Positions 1 through 13,120 of a stretch of DNA of 64,000 bases are shown here, piece by piece. Origin of the DNA: Eledone cirrhosa (Eukaryota); assembly GCA_964016885.1 (NCBI GenBank), contig OZ024748.1:23932001-23996000 (forward strand), written 5' to 3'. The notes below the pieces were generated by a model, which saw only the letters and a program-made list of their open reading frames with translations, searched no databases and had not been told where the DNA came from. The position numbers and the translations under genes are program-made. Numbering within the stretch: position 1 is the first letter of the stretch; each line of letters starts with the position of its first letter.

Positions 1-454
1 TTTAAGCAAATACTCAAACAATTATTTATTGTAGTAAATAATTTATTGACAATTATACCGAGACAATTATTCATTGACTTAAATAATTTAATGACCCTTC
101 ACCAAGTTCTAAATTGACTAATTTCCAGATTCAGCGTTTAACTAATGAACGATTTAAAGATGTCACTTTTTGGCTAACTATTTCCTTTAAGGATGTAATT
201 AAGCTATCATTAAATTTTCATTAAAGTTGTCTCAAATGGGTATTACTGGTGTAATGAGATATATTTCTACTTTCTGCCTATATTTTTAATATCTTTATAA
301 TTTATGTTGACCTTGTCACCATATAGGACCAGATCTAACATTCACTATGTAGCAATGCAGTGATATAGAGCTAGATCTAACATTTAAGATGTAGCAATTA
401 AATGATAAACTCAACAAGTTTTCTATCAACCCCCGTAACGTTGTCATTAATACC

Positions 455-690
455 CGGTTTCTTCTGCGTTAAACGACTGAGAGTACAAAACTCCCTCACC
501 CCTACCCTTGACAGGATACTAGTCCATCGCAGGGTTTATCCTCATCTACTGCTGGTACTCATTTTCAGCTGAGTGTACTGGAGCAACGTGAAATATTTTA
601 CTCAAGAAAACACACACAACTCGGTCCAAGAATCGAACACACAACATTATAATCGCAAGTTCAACACCTTAACCCCTAGGCCATGCGACT
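455..690 (-). mobile_element. Degenerate tRNA-derived SINE (CORE-type central region)
   Basis: Minus strand has tRNA-like head (..GCATGGCCTAGGGGTTAAGGTGTTG.., B-box-like GTTCGATTC). Plus strand shows GCTGGTACTCATTTTCAGCTGAGTG and a GACAGGATACTAGTCCATCGCAGGG tail typical of invertebrate SINEs. Boundaries approximate. Confidence 0.6.
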
Positions 691-1334
691 TTACCCGGTT
701 AGTAACAGCTAGTAAATTGTTTCAGAAAAGCTGCTATATCGAGGCAACATGATTTTTGTATGGATCAATCAGTAAAGAGCCTCTTAAGAAAATCGTTACA
801 ATTTGTGCGGTCAGTTGGTCTTGGTTAACACTCTCATGGAAAAATGTTCCAATTTGTGTGCTCAATTGATCTTGATCTAGTGCAATCTGTGCGCTCAGTT
901 GATCTTGATCAACACTCTCATCTCAGTAGCTTAAGTAATCACTTAAACTGTAATAATTCAGATGGCCACATTCTTGAGATCAACAACATTAACAGAATCA
1001 ACTCTTTGCTTGTTTGATTTTCAGCATTATACTTTGCAAGACTTTGAAAATAAAAGCACAAGCTCATCATCGGTGTCTTATATAATGATTTCGAAAACAC
1101 TCGGCGACTTTTCAATCAATGTTGTAGATAATAGGAGGCTCCCTGTCTACAGTAAGACATTTTCGCTTGGACGAGTTCTAGCAACAATAATACTATGACT
1201 AAGATGGTTATGCTTCAGAGAGCGACAGGGCAACAGAAGAAAGTAAATTTACTTGTCACTGTTTTTCAGAATTAAGACAGTTTTAACAGCCCAAGCGTGT
1301 CTTGTAACACACAAAGACTGCCGTTGGTCATAAT

Positions 1335-1597
1335 TTGATGATGAATGATAATGATGAAGGTGGCGGTGGCGGCGGCGGTGGTGGTGGTGGTTGTGAATGC
1401 TGATAGCGATGATGATAAGGAGGAGGAGAATGGTGATGGTGAGGATGATGATGATGATGATGATGATGATGGTGATTATGAGGAGGGGTGGTGATGATAA
1501 GGATGATGATGATAAGGAGGGGAGGAAGAGAAGGATGATGGTGACGATGATGATGATAAGGAGGAAGAGGAGGAGGATAGTGATGATGATGATTCAT
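1335..1597. repeat. Compound (GAT/GGT/GAG)n trinucleotide microsatellite
   Basis: Directly visible; source of spurious His/Pro and Met-rich ORFs. Confidence 0.95.
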
Positions 1598-1759
1598 TGA
1601 TAACCAATTGACAGCTTTGTTACAACTAACTACAGACATTCCATATCTGACATCAGTAGAAAGCTCTGCTGTTGAAATCTCAGTTGTAATCTTCACAAAA
1701 TCGTTTTATCGTCTTAATCTGACTTTATTGAAATAAAAAATCTCTCAATTTGATCCTCA

Positions 1760-2682
1760 TATTGTCTTCGATGTAAATAAGACATATATGACTTAGCTAT
1801 AACTAACGCTCAATACTATAACTAACGTCTTGTCTAAGGTGTAGATAAGACACATATGATCCGGCTATAACTAACGCTCAGTTTGATCCGCATCTTGTCT
1901 AAGTTGTAGATAAGACACATGTGACTCAGCTATAACTAACATTCAATTTGATCATCGTTTTGTCTAAGGTGTAGATAAGACACACATGACTCAGCTATGA
2001 TCACTAACGCTCAATTTGATCAACCTCTTGTCTAAGGTGTAGATAAGACACACATGACTCAGCTATGATCACTAACGCTCAATTTGATCAACCTCTTGTC
2101 TAAGGTGTAGATAAGACACATGACTCAGCTATGATCACTAACGCTCAATTTGATCAACCAGTTGTCTAAGGTGTAGATAAGACACATGACTCAGCTATGA
2201 TCACTAACGCTCAATTTGATCAACCTCTTGTCTACGGTGTAGATAAGACACATGACTCAGCTATGATCACTAACGCTCAATTTGATCAACCTCTTGTCTA
2301 AGGTGTAGATAAGACACATGACTCAGCTATGATCACTAACGCTCAATTTGATCAACCTCTTGTCTACGGTGTAGATAAGACACATGACTCAGCTATGATC
2401 ACTAACGCTCAATTTGATCAACCTCTTGTCTAAGGTGTAGATAAGACACATGACTCAGCTATGATCACTAACGCTCAATTTGATCAACCTCTTGTCTAAG
2501 GTGTAGATAAGACACACATGACTCAGCTATGATCACTAACGCTCAATTTGATCAACCTCTTGTCTAAGGTGTAGATAAGACACATGACTCAGCTATGATC
2601 ACTAACGCTCAATTTGATCAACCTCTTGTCTAAGGTGTAGATAAGACACATGACTCAGCTATGATCACTAACGCTCAATTTG
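1760..2682. repeat. 66-bp (66-68) minisatellite, about 14 copies
   Basis: Unit TTGTCTAAGGTGTAGATAAGACACATGACTCAGCTATGATCACTAACGCTCAATTTGATCAACCTC at 66-bp spacing (e.g. 2101, 2167, 2233); leftmost copies diverged. Confidence 0.95.
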
Positions 2683-3012
2683 GTATGAAGGTAGGTAGGT
2701 AGGGGGAGGGAGGGAGGAAGGGGTGAGATGGAGTGATAGGTTTAAATATTGGATCCGGTCATTAAGCTCAATACTATAAATACATTGCATCTGTTGTTGC
2801 AGTTGAAGAGAAATGTCGAGAATAAATAATAGATTGTAATGGGGTGGGCGTGGGGTGTGGGGTGTGGGGGCTATAAAGCGTTGCCAATTGATGGATCACT
2901 TGAATGGCATCAACGAAAGGATGTGTAATGAGTGAAACAACTCCGATGTATCAGTACTGCTTTAATTACCCTTGTTTTTGTTGCTGTTGTTATTATTATT
3001 AGTGGGAATAGC

Positions 3013-3240
3013 CGGTGGATTGGCAGTATCGGCAGACCACCGGGTAATATACTTTACGGCATATAGTTACGGCCCTTTACGTTCTTAGATTCAATACCGC
3101 CGAGGCTGGCTTTGCTTTTCATCCTTATGAGACCAATAAAATAAAGTGCCAGTCAGGTACTGGAGTCGATTTCACCCACTTTTCCCTCCCCCCAAATTGC
3201 TGGCCTTGTGCCTAAATCAGAAACCATTATCATTATTATT
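3013..3240 (+). mobile_element. SINE family A (tRNA-derived, Meta/MESC-like core)
   Basis: GGTGGATTGGCAGTATCG head, ..CTTTGCTTTTCATCCTTA..AATAAAATAAAGTGCCAG core, TGCTGGCCTTGTGCCTAAA tail ending in (ATT)n; same family recurs many times in the window. Confidence 0.85.
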
Positions 3241-3529
3241 ATTTGGGAGAATCGTTAGAGCGTCGGACAACATGCTTTGCAGCATAGAGTAACGGCCATT
3301 TACGTTCTATAACTATAGTAACAATGAAATAATAATAAAAAAAAAAACATTATTGCATCCTTCAAGTAAACTTAAGGGAGCTTATTGACCAGAAAACCTC
3401 CCACCCTCATCCAACATGGCTCACTTTTAACTATTTTGTCACACCCAGAAGTATCTCGAAGAGAAAATCTAGACATCTTTATATAAATGTGACGGTTTAG
3501 CTGCATGCTTTTCATGAGTTGTTAGCAGG

Positions 3530-3722
3530 AAAATGTCGTATCTTGTGGCATAGAGTTACAGCCCTTTATGTTCTGAGTTTAAATCCCGCCGAGCTTAGCT
3601 TTGCCTTTCATCCTTACGAGGTCGATAAAATAAAGTACCAGTAACGCACTGGAGTCGGTTTGATCGACTGTCCCCTCACCCAAAATTGCTGGCCTTGTGC
3701 CTATAGTAGAAATCATTATTAT
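3530..3722 (+). mobile_element. SINE family A, 5'-degenerate copy
   Basis: GAGTTTAAATCCCGCCGAG..CTTTGCCTTTCATCCTTACGAGGTCGATAAAATAAAGTACCAG..GCTGGCCTTGTGCCTA. Confidence 0.85.
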
Positions 3723-3774
3723 TGATTAATAATTAATGATTAATGGTGTTCCAACTGTGACCATCCGATCTTAC

Positions 3775-3884
3775 CTTTCAGACATAATATATTGAGAACA
3801 TGAGAATCATGAGATTCCGGGTTCGAATCAACTATCTGACATATCAGACAGTATTTTATAGACCCTGGCCTGGCTCTATAGAGA
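3775..3884 (-). other. Candidate 110-bp exon (LYRARPGSIKYCLICQIVDSNPESHDSHVLNILCLK)
   Basis: Minus strand TGTTTCTACAG| acceptor and AAG|GTAAGA donor bracket an open frame; no recognisable homology. Confidence 0.25.
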
Positions 3885-3917
3885 CTGTAGAAACACTTTG
3901 GAGAAATCTTACCTCTA

Positions 3918-4627
3918 ATCATCCGGCGGCATCAGCCAAAATCGACTCAACAATTGATCTCCACGTGGGTCTGTCGTTCATTGCTGTTGTCAAGTCCTGG
4001 ATTTCAATACCAGAATCTCTGGAGATGACATCGGGATAGGAGAGCTTGTGCCCCCTGTTATTAGTGACTGTTTGTGGTTTCTAAAGCACTGATGGGGACA
4101 CAGCCTCAGAGGTGGCACGGTGGCAGTGGCCAGCAAATTGGGATAGGGGAGCTTGTGTTCCCTGTTATTAGTGACTGTTTGTGGTTTCTAAAGCACTGAT
4201 GGGGACACAGCCTCAGAGGTGGCACGGTGACAGTGGCCAGCAAATTGGGATAGGGGAGCTTGTGTCCCCTGTTATTAGTGACTGCTTGTGGTTTCCAAAG
4301 CACTAATGGGGACACAGCCTCATAGGTGGCACGATGGCAGTGGCCAACAAATTGGGATAGGGGAGCTTGTGTCCCCTGTTATTAGTGACTGCTTGTGGTT
4401 TCCAAAGCACTAATGGGGACACAGCCTCATAGGTGGCACGATGGCAGTGGCCAACAAATTGGGATAGGGGAGCTTGTGTCCCCTGTTATTAGTGACTGCT
4501 TGTGGTTTCCAAAGCACTAATGGGGACACAGCCTCATAGGTGGCACGATGGCAGTGGTCAGCAAATCTTACTCTCCTCTTATGTATAACGACAGATATGC
4601 GTGGGAGGCCGGCATATATCTCTCTCT
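3918..4627 (-). mobile_element. 3' fragment of an RTE-type LINE with internal tandem amplification
   Basis: Minus-strand peptides EIYAGLPRISVVIHKRRVRFADHCHR (RRLRFAGHC-type motif) and YPDVISRDSGIEIQDLTTAMNDRPTWRSIVESILADAAG* resemble RTE/RTE-X C-termini. Confidence 0.75.
4033..4558. repeat. 107-bp tandem repeat, about 5 copies, derived from the RTE fragment
   Basis: GGGATAGG starts at 4033, 4140, 4247, 4354, 4461. Confidence 0.95.
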
Positions 4628-4629
4628 GT

Positions 4630-5291
4630 AATAGTAGTGTGGTAGTGGCGGTAATAGTGTGGTGGTATAGTGGTGGTAGCGGCAGTGGTAGTAGTGGCGG
4701 TAGTTCTGTAGTGGTAGTAGTGGTAGTAGTGGTGTAGTGGTAGTAGTAGTAGTGGTGGTGTAGTGGTAGTGGTTGTAGTGGTGGTGTAGTGGTAGTAGTG
4801 GTAGTAGTAGTAGTAGTGGTATATTGGCAGTAGTGGTGATGTAGTGGTAGTAGCGGTGGTGGTATAGTGGCAGTAGTGGTGATGTAGTGGTAGTAGTAGT
4901 GGTGGTATAGTGGCAGTAGTAGTGATGTAGTGGTAGTAGTGGTGGTGGTATAGTGGCAGTAGTGGTGATGTAGTGGTAGTAGTAGTGGTGGTATAGTGGC
5001 AGTAGTGATGATGTAGTGGTAGTAGTGGTGGTGGTATAGTGGCAGTAGTGGTGATGTAGCGGTAGTAGTAGTAGTGGTGGTATAGTGGCAGTAGTAGTGA
5101 TGTAGTGGTAGTAGTAGTGGTGGTGGTATAGTGGCAGTAGTGGTGATGTAGTGGTAGTAGTAGTAATGGTGGTATAGTGGCAGTAGTGGTGATGTAGTGA
5201 TAGTAGTAGTGGTGGTGGTATAGTGGCAGTAGTAGTGATGTAGTGGTAGTAGTAGTGGTGGTGGTATAGTGGCAGTAGTGGTGATGTAGCG

Positions 5292-5353
<62 letters not shown>

Positions 5354-5716
5354 ATAGTGGCAGTGGTAGTGATGTAGTGGTAGTAGTAGTGGTGGTGGTA
5401 TAGTGGCAGTAGTGGTGATGTAGTGATAGTAGTAGTGGTGGTGGTATAGTGGCAGTAGTAGTGATGTAGTGGTAGTAGTAGTAGTAGTGGTGGTATAGTG
5501 GCAGTAGTGGTGATGTAGTGGTAGTAGTAGTGGTGGTATAGTGGCAGTAGTAGTGGTATAGTGGTAGTAGTAGTGGTGGTATAGTGGTAGTAGTAGTGGT
5601 GTAGTGGTATAGTGGCAGTAGTAATGGTATAGTGGTAGTAGTAGTAGTAGTGGTGGTATAGTGGCAGTAGTAGTGGTATAGTGGTAGTAGTAGTGGTGTA
5701 GTGGTAGTAGTGGTGA
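4630..5716. repeat. (TAG/TGG)n compound microsatellite with ~30-40 bp higher-order units
   Basis: Recurrent GGTATAGTGGCAGTAGTGGTGATGTAGT motif. Confidence 0.95.
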
Positions 5717-5859
5717 TCTTTGGGCCATAAATCTGAATCAAGTGCGGATAAATGAGCGAAGTAAATTGATTCACAAAAATCTATGAATAAATTAATGTGA
5801 GTAAAATAGAAACAACAAAACAAAATAAGAAGCAATAAATAATAACAGTATCTTTGGAA

Positions 5860-6552
5860 ACCACTACCACCTACACTACCACCTACACCACTACCACCTA
5901 CACTACCACCTACACCACTACCACCACTACTACTACCACCACTACTCACACCACTACCTACATAACTACCACCACCACCACTACCACCACCATGACTACT
6001 ACCTACACCACTACCACTACGACCACTACCTACACCACTACCACCTACACCACTACCTACACCATAACCACCTACACCACTACCACCACCACCACTACCA
6101 CCTACACCACTACCACCACCACGACTACCACCTACACCACTATCACTACGACCACTACCTACACCACTACCACCTACACCACTACTATCTACACCACTAC
6201 CACCTACACCACAACCACCACCACTACCACCTACACCACTACCACCTACACCACTACCACCACCACCACTACCACGACTACCACCTACACCACCACCACC
6301 ACCACCACTACCACCACTACCACCTACACCACTACCACCTACACCACAACCACCTACACCACAACCACCACCACTACCACCTATACCACTACCACCACCA
6401 CTACCACCTACACCACTACCACCTACACCACAACCACCACCACTACCACCTATACCACTACCACCACCACTACCACCTACACCACTACCACCTACACCAC
6501 TACCACCACCACTACCACCTACACCACTACCACCACCACTATCACCACTACC
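5860..6552. repeat. (ACC/ACT)n compound microsatellite
   Basis: Directly visible; opposite strand composition to 4630-5716. Confidence 0.95.
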
Positions 6553-6779
6553 TATCTATAACCCCAACCCCCAGCAGCAGCAACAACAACACAATATCAT
6601 GGTCTCCTGGTTGAAAGGTCGGTGGTGGCGATTGTGGAGGGGGGGGGGGTGTTGAAATAATGTACTTTATCAGGCAATATTGACACCAGCGCCACTTGCG
6701 GCAGGTGTTGGAAACAGATTGGTGTGGTAGGATGCAGCAAATTATCATCTTTCGCCATAAGACGGATAATTTGCAACAA

Positions 6780-6788
6780 CACACATAG

Positions 6789-6858
<70 letters not shown>

Positions 6859-6869
6859 AGCAGCAGCAA

Positions 6870-6934
<65 letters not shown>

Positions 6935-7021
6935 GCAGCAGCAGCAACAACACACACCAGCAACAGCAGCAGCAGCAGCAGCAACAGCAACAACAACAAC
7001 AACACACACCAGCAACAGCAG

Positions 7022-7077
<56 letters not shown>

Positions 7078-7151
7078 ACAACAACACACACACCAACAGC
7101 AGCAGTAGCAGCAGCAACAGCAACAGCAGCAGCAGCAACAATAACACACAC

Positions 7152-7186
<35 letters not shown>

Positions 7187-7253
7187 ACAACAACAACAAC
7201 ACACACCAGCAACAGCAGCAGCAGCAGCAGCAGTAACAACAACAACACACCAA

Positions 7254-7290
<37 letters not shown>

Positions 7291-7548
7291 AACAACACAC
7301 ACCAGCAACAGCAGCAACAGCAGCAGCAGCAACAACAACAGCAACAACAACAGTAGCAGCAGCAACGATAACATCAATAGCAACAACAACAGCAACAACA
7401 ACAACAACAACAACAGCAGTAATAGCAGCAATACCAACAACAACAACAACAACAACAACAGCAACAACAACAACAACAACATCGCCAACAACAACAACAG
7501 TAATAACAGCAATACCAACAGAAGCAACATCACCACCACCAACAACAA

Positions 7549-7579
<31 letters not shown>

Positions 7580-7591
7580 AACAACATCACC

Positions 7592-7637
<46 letters not shown>

Positions 7638-7850
7638 GTAGCAACGTAAATCTAGATATAATTTGTCAGGTGGGAGATGGGAATAAAGACGGGTTTGTCA
7701 CAGTTGGACCACCTTTGATTGTAGTTCTGTTCGATCATGGCTGATATGGACCTAATCAATAACAACAGCAACAACAACAACAGCATCAACAACAATAAGA
7801 GTAGCAACAGCAGCAACAACAACAACAACAACAACAGTAACAACAACAGC

Positions 7851-7894
<44 letters not shown>

Positions 7895-8029
7895 GAGCGA
7901 CAACAGCAACAACAACAACAACAACAGTAACAGCAGCAATTTCAACAGTAGCAATGTAAATCTAGATATAATTTGTCAGGTGGGAGATGGTTTTACAGCA
8001 ACAGCAGCAACAACAACAACAGCAGCAGC

Positions 8030-8105
<76 letters not shown>

Positions 8106-8440
8106 GTAACAACAACAAGGACAGCAACAGCAGCAGCAACAACAACAACAACAGTAGCAACAACAAGGACAGCAACAGCAACAATAACAACAGTAGCAAC
8201 AACAACAACTACAGTAGCAACAACAACAACTACAGCAGCAGCAACAACAACAAGAGCAGCAACAGCAGCCTGCAACAACAACAACAGTAACAACAACAAC
8301 GACAACAACTACAACAACAACAACAACAACAACAGCAGCAGCAACGTGTGCACATGAGACACCCAACAACAAGAACTGTACAAGATACGGCTGGAGAAAC
8401 ATATAAAAAAACCATCCATCACTTTCAGCAACTGCTGCTG

Positions 8441-8489
<49 letters not shown>

Positions 8490-8507
8490 TACTTCTACTA
8501 CTACTAC

Positions 8508-8582
<75 letters not shown>

Positions 8583-8583
8583 A
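6780..8583. repeat. (CAG/CAA)n blocks followed by (CTA)n, with short unique islands
   Basis: Directly visible; island AATCTAGATATAATTTGTCAGGTGGGAGATGG duplicated at ~7649 and ~7959. Confidence 0.95.
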
Positions 8584-9103
8584 AGTATAAAAGAATCATC
8601 CATCATCTTGGACACGTTTAGAAGCCAAGTAGAATGAATAAAATCTACTGGAAGTTTCAATAATTAGTCGCAAGCAGCTGTACCCCCTGGTGTCAGATTA
8701 TGACATTAACAGTTACGATAAGTCCAAGTGAAAATGTGTTGGTGTGAATGAATTTAGGATAGTGCTGTTTCAAGTATGTTGTTGTTTAGCCCCAGGTCAG
8801 CGTGTTGGACGGAGTCAATGGTTATGTTCGTTAGGTGGTATGTATTGATATTGTTTGACGTAAAAACTAAGAATCATTGATAAAATCAGTATACACCAAA
8901 CACTTTAAAGTATATTGTTGTTTAGCCCAAGGTCAGCAGACCTAGCGGAGTCAGTAGCTGTGTTCATTGGACAGTATGTCTACACTTTGAGGTGAAAACC
9001 AAGAACTATTGGTTTAATAAGTATACACCAAACCTGATACAAGATTGCAATAAACCTGTGTCATACATGTCTATAAACCCGGGCCATACCTATCTATACT
9101 TAC

Positions 9104-9459
9104 CAGGAGATCAAAGAAAACCGCTTCAATTCTATAATCAGCAACTTCCTTCAACAGCAGTTCGGTGCATTTGACCAGAGGCCGAGGTTTCGTTTTACCC
9201 ATAGCAGTGGAGATCTCTAGCGTCCTGGGTTCTCGTACCATCTCTCTACTCAATGTTATCGAGCTGGAGTTGGCTACCCACGGCAGCAGGCCTTATGGGT
9301 TGGAATGGCTATTTCAACATATCTCCATGCTTTCATCTGCGGTAATGTTTTCTTTATTCTGTCCGCTGGGACCGCGAGGCGGCTTTCTCCTAGGGTTCTA
9401 CACGCCAGAGACAGTTCTCCCACACTGTCTGAGACTCCTATCATTTGGCTAGCGATGGT
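9104..9459 (-). other. Candidate exon, GC-richer unique segment
   Basis: TTTTCCTTCATATCTTAG| acceptor at 9460 and CTG|GTAAGT donor at 9103; no single open frame spans it. Confidence 0.25.
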
Positions 9460-9885
9460 CTAAGATATGAAGGAAAATATATGTACTCTTTTAAAGATCG
9501 TTAATCGTGTGAAATGAAATCGAAAAACTATCAAAGTACAAGGACCTTGAAATAGTAACATGCAAAATATGTGAGTAAAATCAATATCGATAATAATCGA
9601 TACAATAAATCTGATAAAAAACTTCACGACAAATCCATTTTTAAAATACCAGAGCTTACAACTTACACACGGCCCTAAAGATGGCCCTACTAGGCACAAA
9701 CCACATCCTAAACAATATACTTTCCATTTAATATCACAACTCACACAGAACACTTTCTGTTATATTATTTCCTACCAAAACAGAACATATGTAACACGAT
9801 CAACACCTAATAAAATAATACGACTCACACAGCACATTCTATATAAGAAACAAATAAAACAGTAAAATAACAGGAGAAACCTTAC

Positions 9886-9965
9886 TGAACGCCACATCTT
9901 ATTTCGAATACATTGTGCTTATCTCCATTTTCGTCGACAATAGAGTATGTTGTAGGATAATTGGT
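9886..9965 (-). other. Candidate 80-bp exon (TNYPTTYSIVDENGDKHNVFEIRCGV)
   Basis: ..TGGCAGTAG| acceptor, TCA|GTAAGG donor, open frame. Confidence 0.25.
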
Positions 9966-10544
9966 CTACTGCCAGCCAGACAAAAATTTGAATTATCTGT
10001 ATAAGGAGAGCTTTGTAGAAATGTAATCAAATCTAGATAATGAAAATGGGTTACAGGGAATATAGAATGTATCAATGATTCTAAGCTGTTCAATATATTT
10101 CTGATTTAAGAGGCTTGACTTAAGATTAATACTGGCTCCAAGAAGGTGTAATATGTTTAGTTTCATAAATCTTCATGCTTACCGGCACTTTGTCATTTAC
10201 AAATAAATGGGAAATTTCACATTTAGAAACATTAAATTCTCTAAATCTTATTATATTTCTATCATGACTCTGAAATCTTCAATAACTCGCCAGTAATTCA
10301 AACATCTAGACATTAATGATAAACTTTAGATCTTAATTAATATAATAAAAATCTATATTATGATAACTGCACAACCATTTTTGTCCGTATGTCACACGAA
10401 TTGTTAAAACCCTTCTAAAATACTTATTTAGAATTCACAGAATACAAAATGCAGGACAAAAGAGAGGTGGAATGGCAGAAGTTCAAAATGATTCAAAATT
10501 TTTTTGTTCATACTAGAAATTTGTGTGTTCTGTCAATATTATTT

Positions 10545-10593
<49 letters not shown>

Positions 10594-10606
10594 ACACAAC
10601 AGATAG

Positions 10607-10689
<83 letters not shown>

Positions 10690-10741
10690 CATATATATAC
10701 ATATATATATACATATACATATATATATATATATATATATA

Positions 10742-11475
10742 GTAAAAAATTGAACGGGAACAAAACAGAGAGGCAGTACGAACAAAGGTTTATTAGTTTC
10801 ACGCTCTTGAGAGTGGGGTGGTGATAGAGAACGACGTTTCGGGCATAAGCCCTTCTTCAGGTGAAAAGTGTGTGGGAAGAGAGTTCCAATGGTGTGTAGG
10901 GGAGTGGTGGAGAGACATAGAAAAAAGGGGTGAGAGGAAACGGTACAAATGAAATTAAATATAAAAGCATGGTAAAAATAAAAATAAAAATACGCATGAA
11001 GTAAAACAGGTGGTGGAAGGATGTGGGGCGTGTAGGGGTGGTGGCGGGTGGAGTGGGGAGAGGGAGGCGGGGTGTCCGAGCGGAGAGGGCTGAAGGTGGT
11101 GTGTGTGTGTAGGTGTACGTGTGTGTGTGTGTGTATGTGAAAGTAAGAGTTGGGGGAAGAACGGGGTTGCATGTTCAGGAAGAGGTGTGTGTGGGGTGGG
11201 GTGTAGGTTGGAGTGTGTGTGCGTGTGTGGATAGAGGGGTGGGGTGAGAGGATTCGGGAGGCTGAATGTGTAAATATGTGGTGGTACGCACGTGTGTGTG
11301 TGGTGTTTATGCGTGTTGTGGATGTAGGTGGCGTGTGGGGAAAAAAAATGTTTGGGGTGTATGTCAGTGGGTGAGTCCTTAAGGTAGTTCTGTAGACGAT
11401 GTGGTGGAATGCTGAGTAATATCCTTGGGATGTGGTGGATTCTAGGGATCGATGTTCACATATGTGTAATCCGTT
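10742..11475 (-). mobile_element. Penelope-like element 3' end/pLTR (non-coding remnant) in (TA)n
   Basis: Bounded by (TA)n on both sides; carries a minimal hammerhead; same architecture as the GIY-YIG-bearing element at 42450-43490. Confidence 0.6.
10828..10866 (-). ncRNA. Minimal type I hammerhead ribozyme motif
   Basis: Minus strand CAC-CTGAAGA-AGGGCTTATGCCC-GAAAC-GTC-GTT; weak stem I. Confidence 0.7.
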
Positions 11476-11798
11476 ATATATATATATATATATGGTAAAT
11501 TTCTTTAAGTCGTTTGGAAGCCTCGACAATGCAGATGGGTAAATCTCCGGGTAACAAGATCCGGTGATGGAGAGAGAGATGTAAGTGGGTGTACGTTGAG
11601 ATGCGTGGCGTGTATAAGACGTGTAGAGGAATGAAGGAAAGAGCGTAAAGGATAAAAATAAAAATAACAACACGAGAGAGAGTTACCTTGGGAGAGATTT
11701 AATTGTCCCTATATATTTCGGATTCACATCCATCAACATATATATATATATACAAGGATATTAAATAAATGGAAACTATATTTATAAAACCATATTTA

Positions 11799-11856
11799 TT
11801 CTATTATATATATTTCAAGGGTACCACAAATTTTGGTACGCTATCATCAGATAAAA
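11799..11856 (-). ncRNA. Minimal type I hammerhead ribozyme motif
   Basis: TTTTAT-CTGATGA-TAGCGTACCAAAATTTGTGGTACCCTT-GAAA-TATATATA-ATAGAA; stem I TTTTAT/ATAGAA. Confidence 0.75.
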
Positions 11857-13064
11857 TACGAAGTGTGTTTTATAAATTTTGACATAACCAAGGATAATAT
11901 ACCTTAACGGTTCAAGTTATCTTTGGATAGTGAAAAGAAAAGTCAGATATTTCAAATTATTAAGATGAGTATGCAAGTGAGGTTTATGTAAAAAGGCTGA
12001 AAAAACGTTATTTTAGACGCAATGGAAAATTTAAATAATTATGATAAGTTATTGTATACGTAGGAAAGAAGAGAAAGGAGGAAGGGCTAGCATTTACGTT
12101 AATTTGGGGGACAAGATTTATTTACCTATATTATGAGTTATAATATTGTATATATAATCAATTAGATTATATGAAGAATTATGGTTGTAAATATTTTTAT
12201 CTTATTACATTAGGATGGGTTATATGTATATAAATATCTTTGGAGATACAAAATATTTATACATATTGTATAAAGCTATGCTTGAAGCGAAATCCTATTT
12301 CTTAAATATCTATATATATATATTAATAAATTGCTTATGTTTTAGTTGTTTATTTATCAAATATGAGTTACGAAGGAGTTGAATTTGTATTTTACTTAAA
12401 AAATAGGTGGTTCAAGTTGTGAGAGTAGAACAATTTGTGGATTCAAAAATGTTGTTCAACATTGAGAATGTTTTCAGAATATTGTTAATTTAGCGAAGCT
12501 ATACAGATTATCAAACGTAAAATACTTATGTATGCAACGATTTAGAAAAATGTTTACATGATTGAGAAAGGAAAGATAACTCCAAAGAGAAAAATTATAT
12601 ATTATTTTGAGTGAGATCCATTATTTTCGTCGAAAGATGTGTGAATGTTTGAGTAACAAAAAGAGAGAGGAAAAATGTAATGTGTATTTCGAAGAACTAT
12701 CAAAAAGGGATAAATTTAGAATGTCATTTAAAGATTATCAATCTACATCTAAAATTATATTTATAGGAGTGTCCTTACAAAAATAATGTCGGAATTAAAA
12801 ATAATGTCAGAATTAAAATAATGTAGGAAATTAAAATATTAAATATATATATTAAAAATATTATAAATATTAGAGGTATTACAAAATTTATGAAATATTA
12901 AAAATATAAAAAATATAAAAAATATTAAAAAATATTAAAAATATTAAAAAATGTTCATTTAAATTTTTTTTTTTTAAATAGGATCATTTTGAAGGTTTAT
13001 AGAGATATTATAAATTAAAAATAGTTCTGAACGTGGAATTTTGGCGATGTTTGCAAGAAGAAAA

Positions 13065-13120
13065 TAATTCTGATGATAGCGTACCAAAATTTTTGGTACC
13101 CTTGAAATATATATAATAGA
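13065..13120 (+). ncRNA. Minimal type I hammerhead ribozyme motif (inverted partner copy)
   Basis: CTGATGA 13070-13076, stem II GTACCAAAA/TTTTGGTAC, GAAA 13104-13107; stem I weaker. Confidence 0.65.

Noticed and set aside
962-1198. 78-aa ORF / possible plus-strand exon 1025-1151
   Set aside because: Splice-like ends are present but there is no homology or partner exon; insufficient support.
1760-2682. CRISPR-like regular repeats
   Set aside because: Units are contiguous with no unique spacers, no cas genes, eukaryotic context.
4410-8660. Long ORFs rich in Thr/His/Cys/Leu/Gln
   Set aside because: Translations of trinucleotide microsatellites, open in several frames on both strands.
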